A stretch of DNA of 64,000 nucleotides, from NCBI GenBank assembly GCA_965285935.1, contig OZ260661.1, forward strand, positions 146,134,001 through 146,198,000, written 5' to 3'. This DNA comes from Ophelia neglecta. Taxonomy: Eukaryota. Positions within the stretch are counted from its first letter, which is position 1; every line of letters begins with the position of its first letter. Under the pieces are notes generated by a model. The model worked only from the letters and a program-made list of their open reading frames with translations. It was not told the origin of the DNA and ran no database searches. Below, one piece after another: positions 42,771 to 55,700 of the stretch. The translations under genes were made by a program, and so were the position numbers.

Positions 42771-45700
42771 CTGAAAGTATATTATTTCATTCACATGTTT
42801 AGAGTTTAATAAACGGAAAGTTGAGGACGATGTGAAGAGAAAGCATTAGGTACACTATACTAAATTCTTAAAATGGTGTCTTGGATGAACAAGAAGTCTT
42901 AAATAAAGAATTATATCTGTTTATGGTGGGTTGAATGTCTCAATTCATGAAGCTAAGATTATTTGTGTCTGTTATGGGTGAAGTGATAGAGGCAGCAAAT
43001 TATAATGGTATATACCATGGAAGCCCTCAGACCCCTCTATAGCCCTCGGAGCCCGCTATGGCTGGATTGTTATAAAAGCCTTTATGGTACATACGAAGAA
43101 AGCCCTCGGAGCCCTCTATAGCCCTCGGAGCCCGTTATGGCTGGATTATTCCCAAAGGCTTTATGGTACATACCAAGAAAGCCCTCGGACTGTACATTCC
43201 TACAGATTTGATGGTACGTATGCAAACAAGCTAATGATTTTATGGCATTTACATTGACCCTGTCACTAATGTTACAGGTTTTAAAGAACTTACTTTAACC
43301 AGTCTATTATTACAGCATTTAAGGTACTATATTAAAGCTTCTATTATTAGAGGTATTTAAAAATAGCCTAGGTTGACCATATGCTAGAGATATTACCCAC
43401 ATCACAGAGGCATTACCCACATCAAAGAGGTATTACCCATATCACACAGGTATTACCCACACAGTGGTATTACCCATATCACAGAGGTATTACCCACATC
43501 ACAGAGGTATTACCCACATCACAGAGGTATTACCCACATCACAGAGGTATTACCCATATCACAGAGGTATTACCCACATCACAGAGGTATTACCCACATC
43601 ACAGAGGTATTACCCACATCACAGAGGTATTACCCACATCACAGAGGTATTACCCACATCACAGAGGTATTACCCACATCACAGAGGTATTACCCATATC
43701 ACAGAGGTATTACCTATATCACAGAGGTATTACCCACACCACAGAGGTATTACCCACACCACAGAGGTATTACCCATATCACAGAGGTATTACCCACATC
43801 ACAGAGGTATTACCCATATCATAGAGGTATTATCTACATCACAGCGGTATCACAGAGGTATTACCCACATCAAAGAGGTATTACCCATATCACAGTGGTA
43901 TTACACACACAGAGGTATTACCCATATCACAGAGGTATTACCCACATCACAGAGGTATTACCCATATCACAGAGGTATTACCCATATCACAGAGGTATTA
44001 CCCATATCACAGAGGCATTACCCACATCAAAGAGGTATTACCCATATCACAGTGGTATTACACACACAGAGGTATTACCCATATCACAGAGGTATTACCC
44101 ACATCACAGAGGTATTACCCATATCACAGAGGTATTACCCATATCACAGAGGTATTACCCATATCACAGAGGTATTACCCATATCACAGAGGTTTACCCA
44201 TATCACAGAGGTATTACCCATATCACAGAGGTATTACCCATATCACAGAGGTATTACCCATATCATAGAGGTATTACCCATATCACAGGGGTATTACCCC
44301 TATCACAGAGCTATTACCCATATCACAGAGGTATTACCCATATCACAGAGGTATTATCCATATCATGGAGGTATTACCCATATCATGGAGGTATTACCCA
44401 CATCACAGAGGTATTACCCATATCACAGAGGTATTACCCATATCACACAGGTATTACCCATATCACACAGGTATTACCCACATCGCAGAGGTATTACCCA
44501 CATCACAGAGGTATTACCCACACCACAAAGGTATTTCCCACATCACAGAGGTATTACCCACAACACAGAGGTATTACCCACACCACAGAGGTATTACCCA
44601 TATCACAGAGGTATTACCCATATCACAGAGGTATTACCCACATCACAGAGGTATTACCCATACCACAGAGTTATTACCCACATCACAGAGGTATTACCCA
44701 CACCACAGAGGTATTACCCATATCACAGAGGTATTACCCATATCACACAGGTATTACCCATATCACAGAGGTATTACCCATATCACAGCGGTGTTACCCA
44801 TATCACAGAGATATTACCCATATCACAGAGGTATTACCCATATCACAAAGGTATTACCCACATCACAGAGGTATTACCCATATCACAGAGGTATTACAGA
44901 GGTATTACCCATATCACAGAGGTATACCCATATCACAGAGGTATTACCCATATCACAGAGGTATTACCCATATCACAGAGGTATTACAGAGGTATTACCC
45001 ATACCACAGAGGTATTACCCACATCACAAAGGGTATTATCTACATCACAGGGGTACTCACCGATGAAGGCTGTTAGAGCTTCCAGCGAGCCGCTGCCGAC
45101 CAGCTCCTGAACCTTCTGAACCAATCGCTGTTTGTTTTCGTCAGTCATCTCTCGTAATACGCTGATCAGAGATTCGTAGGTTTCCACCGTCTTCAGACCG
45201 ATGAATCCGCCTGGAACACATACAAAGTACATAAAAAGAAGCCCCATTTATTAATTCACACACTTCCCGTTCATATACTTTTACTTAATTTTATCCTGCA
45301 ATAACCAGCACACCTCCATAATTTTGTGTAGTGGAGACAAGGAAAATCTAGTAATTAAATTTATAGCTATATAAGGTACCATTTGCAAACAAATTAACCT
45401 CACAAACTGGACCATGTCATTAAATGCCATGCCATTAAATGACAGTGGTCCCTGCGATGTAGGGCCCCTCCAATGAAGGGCCACCTGCGATGGCAGGACA
45501 GTGGTCCCTGCGATGTAGGGCCCCTCCAATGAAGGGCCACCTTTGATGGCAGGACAGTGGTCCCTGCAATGTAGGGCCCCTCCAATAAAGGGCCGACTGC
45601 GATGGCAGGACAGTGGTCCCTGCGATGTAAGGTCCTTCCAATGAAGGGCCACCTTCGATGGCAGGACAGTGGTCCCTGCAATGTAGGGCCCCTCTAATGA

Positions 45701-46683
45701 AGGGCCACCTTCGATGGCAGGACAGTGGTCCCTGCGATGTAGGGCCCCTCCAATGAAGGGCCACCTGCCATGGCAGGACAGTGGTCCCTGCGATGTAAGG
45801 TCCCTCCAATGAAGGGCCACCTGCGATGGCAGGACAGTGGTCCCTGCGATGTAAGGTCCCTCCAATGAAGGGCCACCTGCAATGGCAAGACAGTGGTCCC
45901 TGCGATGTAGGGCCCCTCCAATGAAGGGCCACCTACGATGGCAGGACAGTGGTCCCTGCGATGTAAGGTCCCTCCAATGAAGGGCCACCTGCGTTTGCAG
46001 GACATGTAATGTGATTCCTAGGGTAGTTCTAGGCTCCAGCTGATAAAACAATGGAAAAAACAATGACTTGCAATTTGACCTAGAAATGGACACCAAGGTT
46101 AACCTATAGATAAGATGCCAAAGACATGCTTCGAAGCAGACTTCCAAGTTTGATCTAGGTGCTAGTTGTGTAACCAGAGGTCTATAAAAGAGCAGTTTGT
46201 GAACATACTTAGCACAAAATACCCAAGTCTGAAATGGCTGCATATGTGAAGATTCTGTTTGAGTCTAGATTGGATATCCTTGTCCTTGTATAACTTCAAA
46301 CCAATAACCCCAAATGTGGTGCTTCATTGTATAACTTGTATATATCGCTTTAAGTAAATTATATATCAATTTATATAAGTGACAGTATTGCACATTTTAC
46401 AAGTCAAAAATTACTTAAATAAAAATTGACTGAAAAACACATAACAACCAGTGGTCTCAGCGGGGTTTGAACCAGCATCCTCTCACTCTCTAGCCAACAG
46501 CTCTACCAAGTTTGCCAAAGGGATAACCCCTCTAGCCACGCTAGAGTGCTGTAACCATGGCCCAGTGGCTATGACCAGGCATGCTTATCTCTGTTACAGT
46601 TGTTTTATTAAAAACATAAATCAGGAATACAGTGGTCCCTGCAGTGAAGGGACCCCCTGATGAAGGGACCTCCCTCTGATCTT

Positions 46684-46744
<61 letters not shown>

Positions 46745-49700
46745 CACACTTTAAACAGCGCTTTATGCAATAAAATGCTCTAAAGTGCTTTACATAGTCA
46801 TAAAAATATACATTGCACTATTTTTGTTACACGATATAAATTATGGCAGCTTAGATATCACAGGGTAAAAATGAATAAAATTTGAATGAATAAACAATGA
46901 ATAATAATAAAGTATGACTGGGCGTAAAGTGCATTAGGCCTATTTAAGAAAAAGATAAAAGTCAATTTGGGTATGCTAATTTAAAAAGGCAAGTCTTTAG
47001 GTTCTTTTTGAGGGTGCGCATGCGCGGCGGCGGCAAGTTTGGTTTTGAAAACTCTGCTCCTTTATGTTCTGATTTTGACGTTTTTTGTGTGCAGCAGCTT
47101 GATTTAATGTATTGAATTTGTGTCTAAATTACTTGGGAGTATTTCTGTGGTGTCGACTGTGTCATAATTTATCGTAAGATGCCTCCAAAAAGGAATCAAT
47201 CTCAGTCAACGTCAGATGCCTTTGTTCTCGATAAGGTAGAAACGGACGCCATTGTAGAGAAAGCGGTAATGGCGGCCATGGATTCTTATCAACAGTCAAT
47301 AACATCTCTAATCCAGGATAAAATGGAAGCGATGGATGCCAGGGTGACGGCTACGGAAAAAAGCAGTTCTGATGCTATTGCTTCTCTGAAGCAGATGGTT
47401 TCATCTTTATCTGATAGGACAACCAGGCTTGAGGCATGCCTACAGGAAACGCAATCAGACCTCAATGACTTGGAGGGTTGGACCAGGAAGAGCTCCGTGA
47501 GAATCCATGGCCTGGCTGTTAAACCGCAACAATCCTGTGTCCAGGCGTGCTTGACCCTTTTCAACGACACAATGAAGTTGAAAGTTCACGAAAAGGACAT
47601 TGATGTAGCACACATACTTCCCCGCAGCTCTTCGGAGAGAAATCGGAATAGCCCTCCGGTTATAATTTGTAAGTTCATCAAAGTCGCTACAAAATTATAT
47701 GTTCTGAAGGATAGATCAACATTTCTTAAGGACCTGACACCTCACATTCTTATATTCGAGGACATCACCAGGAAAAATTTAAAACTCTTAAAAGATCTTC
47801 GCCAGACTATGATAGACAACCCGGATTCCGCTATCGAGGGTGCCTGGGCCAATAACGGCAAGGTCTTCGTCAAAAGTAAAAAAGACCCAGGTAGGCCCCT
47901 GATCGTTCGGATAACTAACGCGGCTGAAACCATGCAGTCTACGATGCCGTCTTCATACAGCAATGCTTAGGGTTGGTTTACTCGTGGTTATGTTGCCTAC
48001 ACTTTGTGTCATTATAAATTGTCCTTGTATCTGCTTTAATGAAATTTGGACATTTGTCACCTACTGGGTCTGTATGATTCACGAGTATCCTAATTTGCCT
48101 ACACTTTAATTCCTCACATACACCTATACAGATGGTATTATATGTCACTTTGTGCATAGCGTTATTCGGTGGGAGGCAAGTAGATTTTATGTGTGTTTGT
48201 ACATGGTTCTTGACCCTTGCTTGAGACTCTTGTACACTAGCGTTGTGTTGTTGAAGGGCGGCAGTCTTGCACAATTATTTGCTCGGCATGCCTTTGTATA
48301 CTGCCGTACTTGAAGTATCCTTGTTAACTTTGACCAGTCACAACGCGTATACATTGGACACAATGTCAGTTATGTAATGTATTTATTTATGTCTTGTCCT
48401 GCTGCACTACCATGCTTTGCAAGAGATTCAACTGTATGTATTTCTATTTTTTTATATTTTATACTTTTTTGCACGTTTTCATCACCCATGTCTGCTCCAT
48501 TCTAGTCCTATTTTGTGTGATCCAGCGGCGGGATGTGAAGGTATGTCATTACTTCACACGTTTGTACGATGACTTGTTATTGTAATGGTTGTAAGAGACG
48601 TGTGTTATCTCACTCTTGCTACATCATATGTTCCATATGCAGCGGCTATTATCATGTACAGTGTTTGCCAATGGTTTCAAAAACGGACAGTATTGTTTTA
48701 AACAGAAATAACCAGGAATGGATATGCATTTGCTGCTCTGAAACATTGTTCCCTTTTAACCACGTTTCTGATGACACCGAGTTTTATGCTGCCATTAAGG
48801 ATTCTTGTAATATCGATACTTCTCTCTCTCTCAGAGACCTGGAAGATAAATGGTTCAATCCCTTTGATATAAATGAACATGACTTAAATTCCCCTCTCTC
48901 TGATGCAGACCCTGATATACAATATTTTAACGAAAATCAAAACTGTTGCATCAGTGACTACTATTTAGAAGATTGATTCAATCAGCAGCTCTCTCAATTG
49001 CAGGTTGATCCTAATTGTTTCTCTTTGATTCATATTAACATACGCAGCATCCCTAAGAATCTAGATAAGCTTTCTGTATACCTGGATAACTTCGATTTTA
49101 AATTTGGCATGATTGGAATAACAGAGACTTGGCTGAAACATTCTACTGCAGCTTATTACAACATGGAGGGTTATAATCATGAGTTCACTTGTAGAGACAG
49201 TAAGGTGGGTGGTGGCGTATCTTTGTATTTACGCGACTCCATTGTATATAGTACTCGTGCTGATTTGATTTGCAATAACGGGAATATTGAGAGTTTATTT
49301 GTTGAGGTTCAAAAAGATTCTTTTTTTAAAGGGAAAAATGTTATAGTTGGGGTCGTGTATCGACCTCCTAATACAGATGTTAGCTTGTTTAATAACCATG
49401 TACAGGATATATTAGCAAAAATTCGACAGGAAAATAAGATAGCCTATTTGACTGGTGACTTCAATATTAACTTGCTTAACGTTGATAAGCATATCCCTTC
49501 ATCTGAATTTTTGGAAGCTATGTACTCCCACTCTTTTTTGCCCCTCATTAATAAGCCAACCAGGGTTAATTTACAATCTGCTACCCTTATTGATAACATT
49601 TTCTGTAACAACTTTCATCAGGGTCCTAACAATATGTTTCAGGGTATTTTGTTCACTGGGATCTCTGATCACTTTCCCATTTTTTGTCTCGATATGTCAC

Positions 49701-52700
49701 GGAAATTTCTCGATGGCCCTTCCTATGCTTTAAGGCGGGTGTACAGCAAATCTAACATAGACACCTTCACCAGAAGGCTGAAATCAGTATCCTGGGACTC
49801 TGTTATCTCTTCACATTATTGTCAATCAGCTTACGCTACCTTTCAAGAAAAGTTCTCTGAATGTTATAATGCCTGTTTTCCGCTTCAGAGAATAACTCTT
49901 AACTATCGTAATCGTAAACCATGGTTGACCGAAGGTCTCAAAGTTTCAATCAAGATAAAGAATAAACTGCATCTAAGATTTCAGCGGTGCCCTACGCCTT
50001 ACAATAAAAAAGTATACTATGATCATCAACGCAAACTAGATAGTTTAATTCGTAAAATGGAGAGACTACATTACGATCAATTGTTAATTAAAAACAAAAA
50101 TAATTTAAAAAAGTCCTGGCTTGTCATTAAGGAGGTTATCAACAAGAAGAGAACCTCTAGTATGTCTGACAAATTTATCATTAACGGTAAAACTGTGAGC
50201 GACAAAACAGTCATTTCTAATGGATTTAATGATTCCTATGTTAATATAGGATCAACTTTAGCAAAAGCTATACCAGATACTACAAATAGTCCTAGCGATT
50301 AGGGAGCGTTCATTATTAACATCCGGGGGGGGGGGGGCCGGCAAATTTCGGCGTGGAAATGGAAAAACTTTTTTGACCCCCCCCCACTCATAGAGGCAAA
50401 ACTTTAATGACCCCCCCCACCATGGCAAGCAAAACTTTTATGACCCCCCCTCCCGTAAAGTTAACAATAGGTAAATAAGCCATGTAAATAATGATATCAT
50501 AATTTATTTATAATTGTACAAAATTGTATGATATATCCTCATTAATAAAAGTTTCTACCAATGGCAGAATAAATAACTGTCACAGATTTAAACTTCCTGC
50601 CTATAAGCAGCCAGAAAAAGCAGTTGCCAAACTCACTTAAATATCCCAAATTTAAACAGTAATCTAAATAAAAATAACAGTGCCCATTAATTATGTTAAC
50701 CATAAGATCATTTAAGTCTGTGGAAAGATAAACATTTCTTTTTTAAAGACATAGCCTTTTACATTCAAACGCAATTTAGCTTATGGTATTTTATAAATGA
50801 ATATTTTTATTATTATGCTACTTATGGACGTAATGAGTATGATTGAACCATGGCTTCTGGTGTATGAAGCATGGAGTATTGAGGTATTGGATGAGAATTG
50901 AACTTGATGTGTCAGCAAACAACCGTGTATTGAGCTATGAGATTGCATATTCCAATCAAATTACAGAATTAAAGTTTAAAAAATGATTCTACGTCCAATC
51001 ATAGGCTAGTAATGGTAAATTATAATTGGTTACATAATTGGTTAGGATCTCCAAAGAAATTGGCTATAATCCGTCATGGTTATGATCGATCATTGGGATA
51101 TCACTTGCTGTGTATGTTTTTTGACCCCCCCCCATAGAGGAGGTCAAAACTTTTATGACCCCCCCCCCCATTTTTGCCGACCCCCCCCCCCCGGATGTTA
51201 ATAATGAACACTCCCTTATATGGGAGATAGCAACCCCAACTCAATGTTTACTACGGTAGTCCTGTTGACCGTGATGAATTACGAAAAATAATATTGTCTC
51301 TCAAGGAATCTAGTGCTGGTTGGGATGGCGTATGTGCAAGGATCGTTAAGCTCACTTTTAATCTTTTCCTGGGCCCTTTGGAACATTTATTCAATTTATC
51401 ACTGAGCCAAGGAGTTGTTCCAACTGAGCTCAAAATAGCCAAATGTATCCCTTTATTTAAAAATGGTAACAAAATGTTTGTAAATAATTATAGGCCTGTC
51501 TCTGTTCTGCCCCTCTTCTCAAAAGTCCTGGAGAAGCTGATGTATTCTAGACTTATTGATTTTGTGAATGAAAAAAATTTATTATACAAATATCAGTTTG
51601 GCTTCAGGGAAAAACACGGAACAAATGCTGCTTTGATCGTTCTTTTAGACAAAATTGCCCATTCTCTTCAGTGTGGTGATTTAGTCCTAGGTGTCTTTTT
51701 GGATTTCTCCAAGGCTTTCGATACAGTTAACCACCAAATTCTTCTTCAGAAGCTATACATTTATGGAGTGAGAGGGGTAGCATTAGACTGGTTTCGCAGC
51801 TATTTGTACAACAGATCTCAGTTTGTCTGTTTCAGCGATGCTGATTCTAATATAAAAAGTATTAACTGCGGTGTTCCACAGGGGTCTATTCTGGGCCCAC
51901 TATTATTCCTATTGTACATAAATGATATGGTAAACATTTCTAGTGTTCTTTTTCCAGTGTTATTTGCTGATGACACGAATGTTTTTGTAAATGGAAAAAG
52001 TTTAAACTCCTTAATCGATTCTATGAATATTGAACTCGGTAAACTTGTTGATTGGCTAAACGTCAACAAATTATCGTTGAATGTTAAAAAAACTCACTTT
52101 ATGATTTTTGGTCAGAAGACCTCTAAGAGTTTAACTTACCCTGATTTATGTATTAGTGGTGAGCCCCTGCAACAAGTTTTCTGCACAAAATTTTTGGGTG
52201 TCATAATTGACTGTAAATTGAGATGGGCAGAACACATTAAATTAATTAAGACCAAAGTCTCCAAGGGAATTGGTATTCTCAGCAAATGTAGAAAAAAACT
52301 TGCCAAAACTACCATATTGTCACTGTATTATACTATGATCTATCCATATTTGACATATTGTATTGAGGTTTGGGGTTCTGCCAACATAACCCTTTTATCA
52401 TCTTTGTTTAAACTACAAAAAAGGGCTGTTCGAATTGTTTGTTCAGCTAATCGCTATGCTCACTCCGACCTCTTATTTAATCAGCAGCAAATTCTCCCTT
52501 TGTCTAAAATATATACTTATTTTGTAATATTATTTATGTATGAATTTTATAATGGTATATTGCCTAAGCTGTTCGATGAATTGTTTGTTTATAATAGAGA
52601 TGTTCATTCATATGACACTAGACAGTCATCCCAATTACATGTACCAATGGGGAAATCATCATTTATTAACAAATCAGTAAAGTTCAGAGGTGTCAAATTG

Positions 52701-55700
52701 TGGAACTATGCATTTGGTCTGTTTGATTGCTACTGTAGACTTTCTGTATTCAAACTAAATCTAAAAGAATTCCTGCTCAAGTTTGAAATTCCGGATCGTA
52801 TTCTTTCTTAATTAATATTCTTCGTTCATTAATTTTTTGTATGTGTTTCTTGCATGCATTCCTTGGTCTGGATTTATATAATTAACTTCAAGGGTGACGA
52901 GCTGACTCCCTGCACTTGCACCTTTTTGTATATATTCTCATGTAATTATTAAGAGGGCCTATACCTCCTTGGGGTCCAGTCCTCATTGTTTCTAGGTATA
53001 TTTTGTTTAGATTTTTTTTTTCTTGCTTCATGTGTTGAAATATTCTCAATGACTTGTATTATGTTTTATTTTGTACATACCTGGAAACAATAAAAACTGA
53101 TTGAATTGAATTGAAAGTTTGTAGTGATTTGGCACATTTAAGAGATTCTGGCAAGGGATTCCAAAGGGCAGGAGCAGAAGCCCTGAAACTACGGAAACCA
53201 TAAGTTGCCGTATATGTTAATAACCCTCTGATGAAAGGGACACCTGCTATGTAAGGACACTTTTGCTTGGATTTAGAGGTGTCCCTACACCGCAGGGACC
53301 ACTGAATAGCAATCTGACCCTGAAAATGGAAACCAAGTTCAAATTTGAGAAGTCGCTAGGGTGCACACACAAACGTCATGGAGGGCAATTGAGTCAAACT
53401 TTATTTTGAATTCCAAAATATTGTAACATTCGAGGATATTTAGTTTGATGAGTTCCTAACGGGTTAAGCTCTGATAAATTCATGTTTTGTAGTATATTAA
53501 TTCCAAACCTGTGGAATTTGGTTTTGGTTTTATTTGCAATTTGTAAGTGAAATTCAACCCACATTACCATTATCCTTGTTTTTTAAAGCAACAAAATAAT
53601 ATACTACTTATGGGAGCTCTGTCTATTTTAACTTTCCACCTTCCTTCCCAGCTTTTTGAAAGTTCACAGACACTAACCAAACTTCCTAATTTTCATTGAC
53701 TAAACTTATGACTTGTTTACATGGTTACTACTACCTGGGCTGCATGATTATTGTCCCATTCCTTGGCATACAATCAAACTACTACTAAGGTCAAATCTTA
53801 CAAACTACTGGGGTCTGTATCATTCCTTCTGTGGGCCTACTGGGCTACTACTATTGTCTGGGGACAGATCTAGCAGACACCGTGATTTTGCTAGGGCTTT
53901 ACACCTTTAGGACCATTGTCCTAAACAGCACCTAGTGCTTAGGACATTTTTCAAAAGTTTAGGACCCTGACATTTCGAAGACCTGGGCAATAAAAGTTGC
54001 AAATTAGAAACTACCAGGTATACATATTTACAGATACGATTTTACATGGACATTGTCACATATGGTGAGCTGAGAACGCAACAGTCCAAAGATGGCGGAC
54101 ATGACCCCTGGCAACCCAGACATTTTAGACGCTGCTTCGCAATTGGTCCGGCATTTTGCGATGCAGCCAATCGAAGACGCGCTTCTATCACAAGCTAGAC
54201 GGCCGAAGAAAAAAATGGCCGACACTGTTGTTGTTCGTCTGCATGCTTTCTTGGCTACCGTTTAAACCTATCGTAATTAGCTGGTCGACATTAACAAACT
54301 AATGGATCAGGCATAGGCATAACGCTACGGATTTTTCTTTTCGGACAATTTGTCCGATTTCGTAAATTTATTCAGGACATTTGCAAAAAAGTTCGGCGAA
54401 TCGCCGAGGGCCGACGCCTATCTGAATCACTGAGACAGTAGCGACACTTGACTGGGTCTACTTCTCTCTCTTCCACCCCACCTTACTCCCCTAGACCAGC
54501 TCTCTGTCCTCTATCACTGCTACCATGGGAGCAGAGCAGACAGTAGAGGTGCAGGACTGGGTCTACCTCCCTCCTCCACCCCACCCCTCTCTCAGAGCAG
54601 ACAGTAGAGACATTTGACTGGGTCTACCTCTTTCCTCCACCCCCAACCCTCTCACATACACCAGCTAACTGCCCTCTATCACTAATACCACAGTTCTATG
54701 AGAGCAGAACAGACAGTAGAGACACAGGACTGGGTCTACCTCTCTCCTCCTGTCCTCCACCCCACCCCTCTCCCCTAGACCAGCTCTCTGTCCTCTATCA
54801 CTGTCCCTATGGGAGCAGAGCAGACAGTAGAGACACTGGACTGGGTCTACCTCTCTCTTCCTGTCCTCCACCCCACCCCTCTCCTCTAGACCAGCTCTCT
54901 GTCCTCTATCACTGTCCCTATGGGAGCAGAGCAGACAGTAGAGACACAGGACTGGGTCTACCTCTCTCCTCCACCCCACCCCACTCCCCTAGACCAGCTC
55001 TCTGCCCTCTATCACTGTCCCTAGGGGAGCAAAACAGACAGTAGAGACACAAGACTGGGTCTACCTCTCTCCCCCACCCCCACCCCTCTCCCCTAGACCA
55101 GCTCTCCGTCCTCTATCACTGTCCCTATGAGAGCAGAGCAGACAGTAGAGACACAGGACTGGGTCTACCTCTCTCCTCCTGTCCTCCACCCCACTCCCCT
55201 AGACCAGCTCTCTGCCCTCTATCACTGCCCCTATGGGAGTAGAGCAGACAGTAGAGACACAGGACTGGGTCTATCTCTCTCCCCCACCCCCACCCCTCTC
55301 CCCTAGACCAGCTCTCTGTCCTCTATCACTGTCCCTATGAGAGCAGAGCAGACAGTAGAGACACAGGGCTGGGTCTACCTCTCTCCTCCACCCCACCCTC
55401 TCCCCTAGACCAGCTCTCTGTCCTCTATCACTGCCCCTATGGGAGTAGAGCAGACAGTAGAGACACAGGACTGGGTCTACCTCTCTCCCCCACCCCCACC
55501 CCTCTCCCCTAGACCAGCTCTCTGTCCTCTATCACTGTCCCTATGAGAGCAGAGCAGACAGTAGAGACACAGGACTGGGTCTCTCCTCCACCCCAACCTT
55601 CTCCCCTATGCCATGTTTCTGCCTCTAACACTACTGCCATAGATCTGTAGGAGCAGATCAGACAGCAGATGCAATGGACTGGGCCTATCACAGGCATAGT

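Larger units (their letters stand above)
47012..53110 (+). mobile_element. Full-length but disabled non-LTR retrotransposon, CR1/L2 group
   Basis: 5'UTR, ORF1, PHD-APE-RT ORF2, 3'UTR, AATAAA and (TTGAA)n tail; TTGA microhomology with the target. Confidence 0.93.
46681..53223 (-). mobile_element. 5'-truncated L2-type LINE fragment (53223-53111 plus 47011-46681) with (AAT)n tail
   Basis: Rejoined halves translate TATYGFRSFRASAPALWNPLPESLKCAKSLQTFKKNLKTCLFKLAYPN*; L2-like 3' end TGTAAAGCACTT...AAAGCGCT; TSD CCCTCTGAT at 46672 and 53224. Confidence 0.82.
46630..53304. mobile_element. Tc1/mariner-type MITE (halves 46630-46680 and 53224-53304) split by nested insertions
   Basis: TA|CAGTGGTCCCTGC ... 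GCAGGGACCACTG TIRs; same TIR as the intact copy at 62857. Confidence 0.8.

Noticed and set aside
43381-45110. 548-, 393-, 233- and 147-aa ORFs (HRGITHITEVLP repeats)
   Set aside because: Translations of a 20-bp satellite on the antisense strand of an intron; open in several frames only because the unit lacks stops.
45281-46243. 320-aa minus-strand ORF
   Set aside because: Read-through of the 56-bp MITE-end array.
48974-48976. Selenocysteine or programmed read-through TGA in LINE ORF2
   Set aside because: The same copy also has a frameshift and a MITE insertion, so a point nonsense mutation is the simpler explanation.
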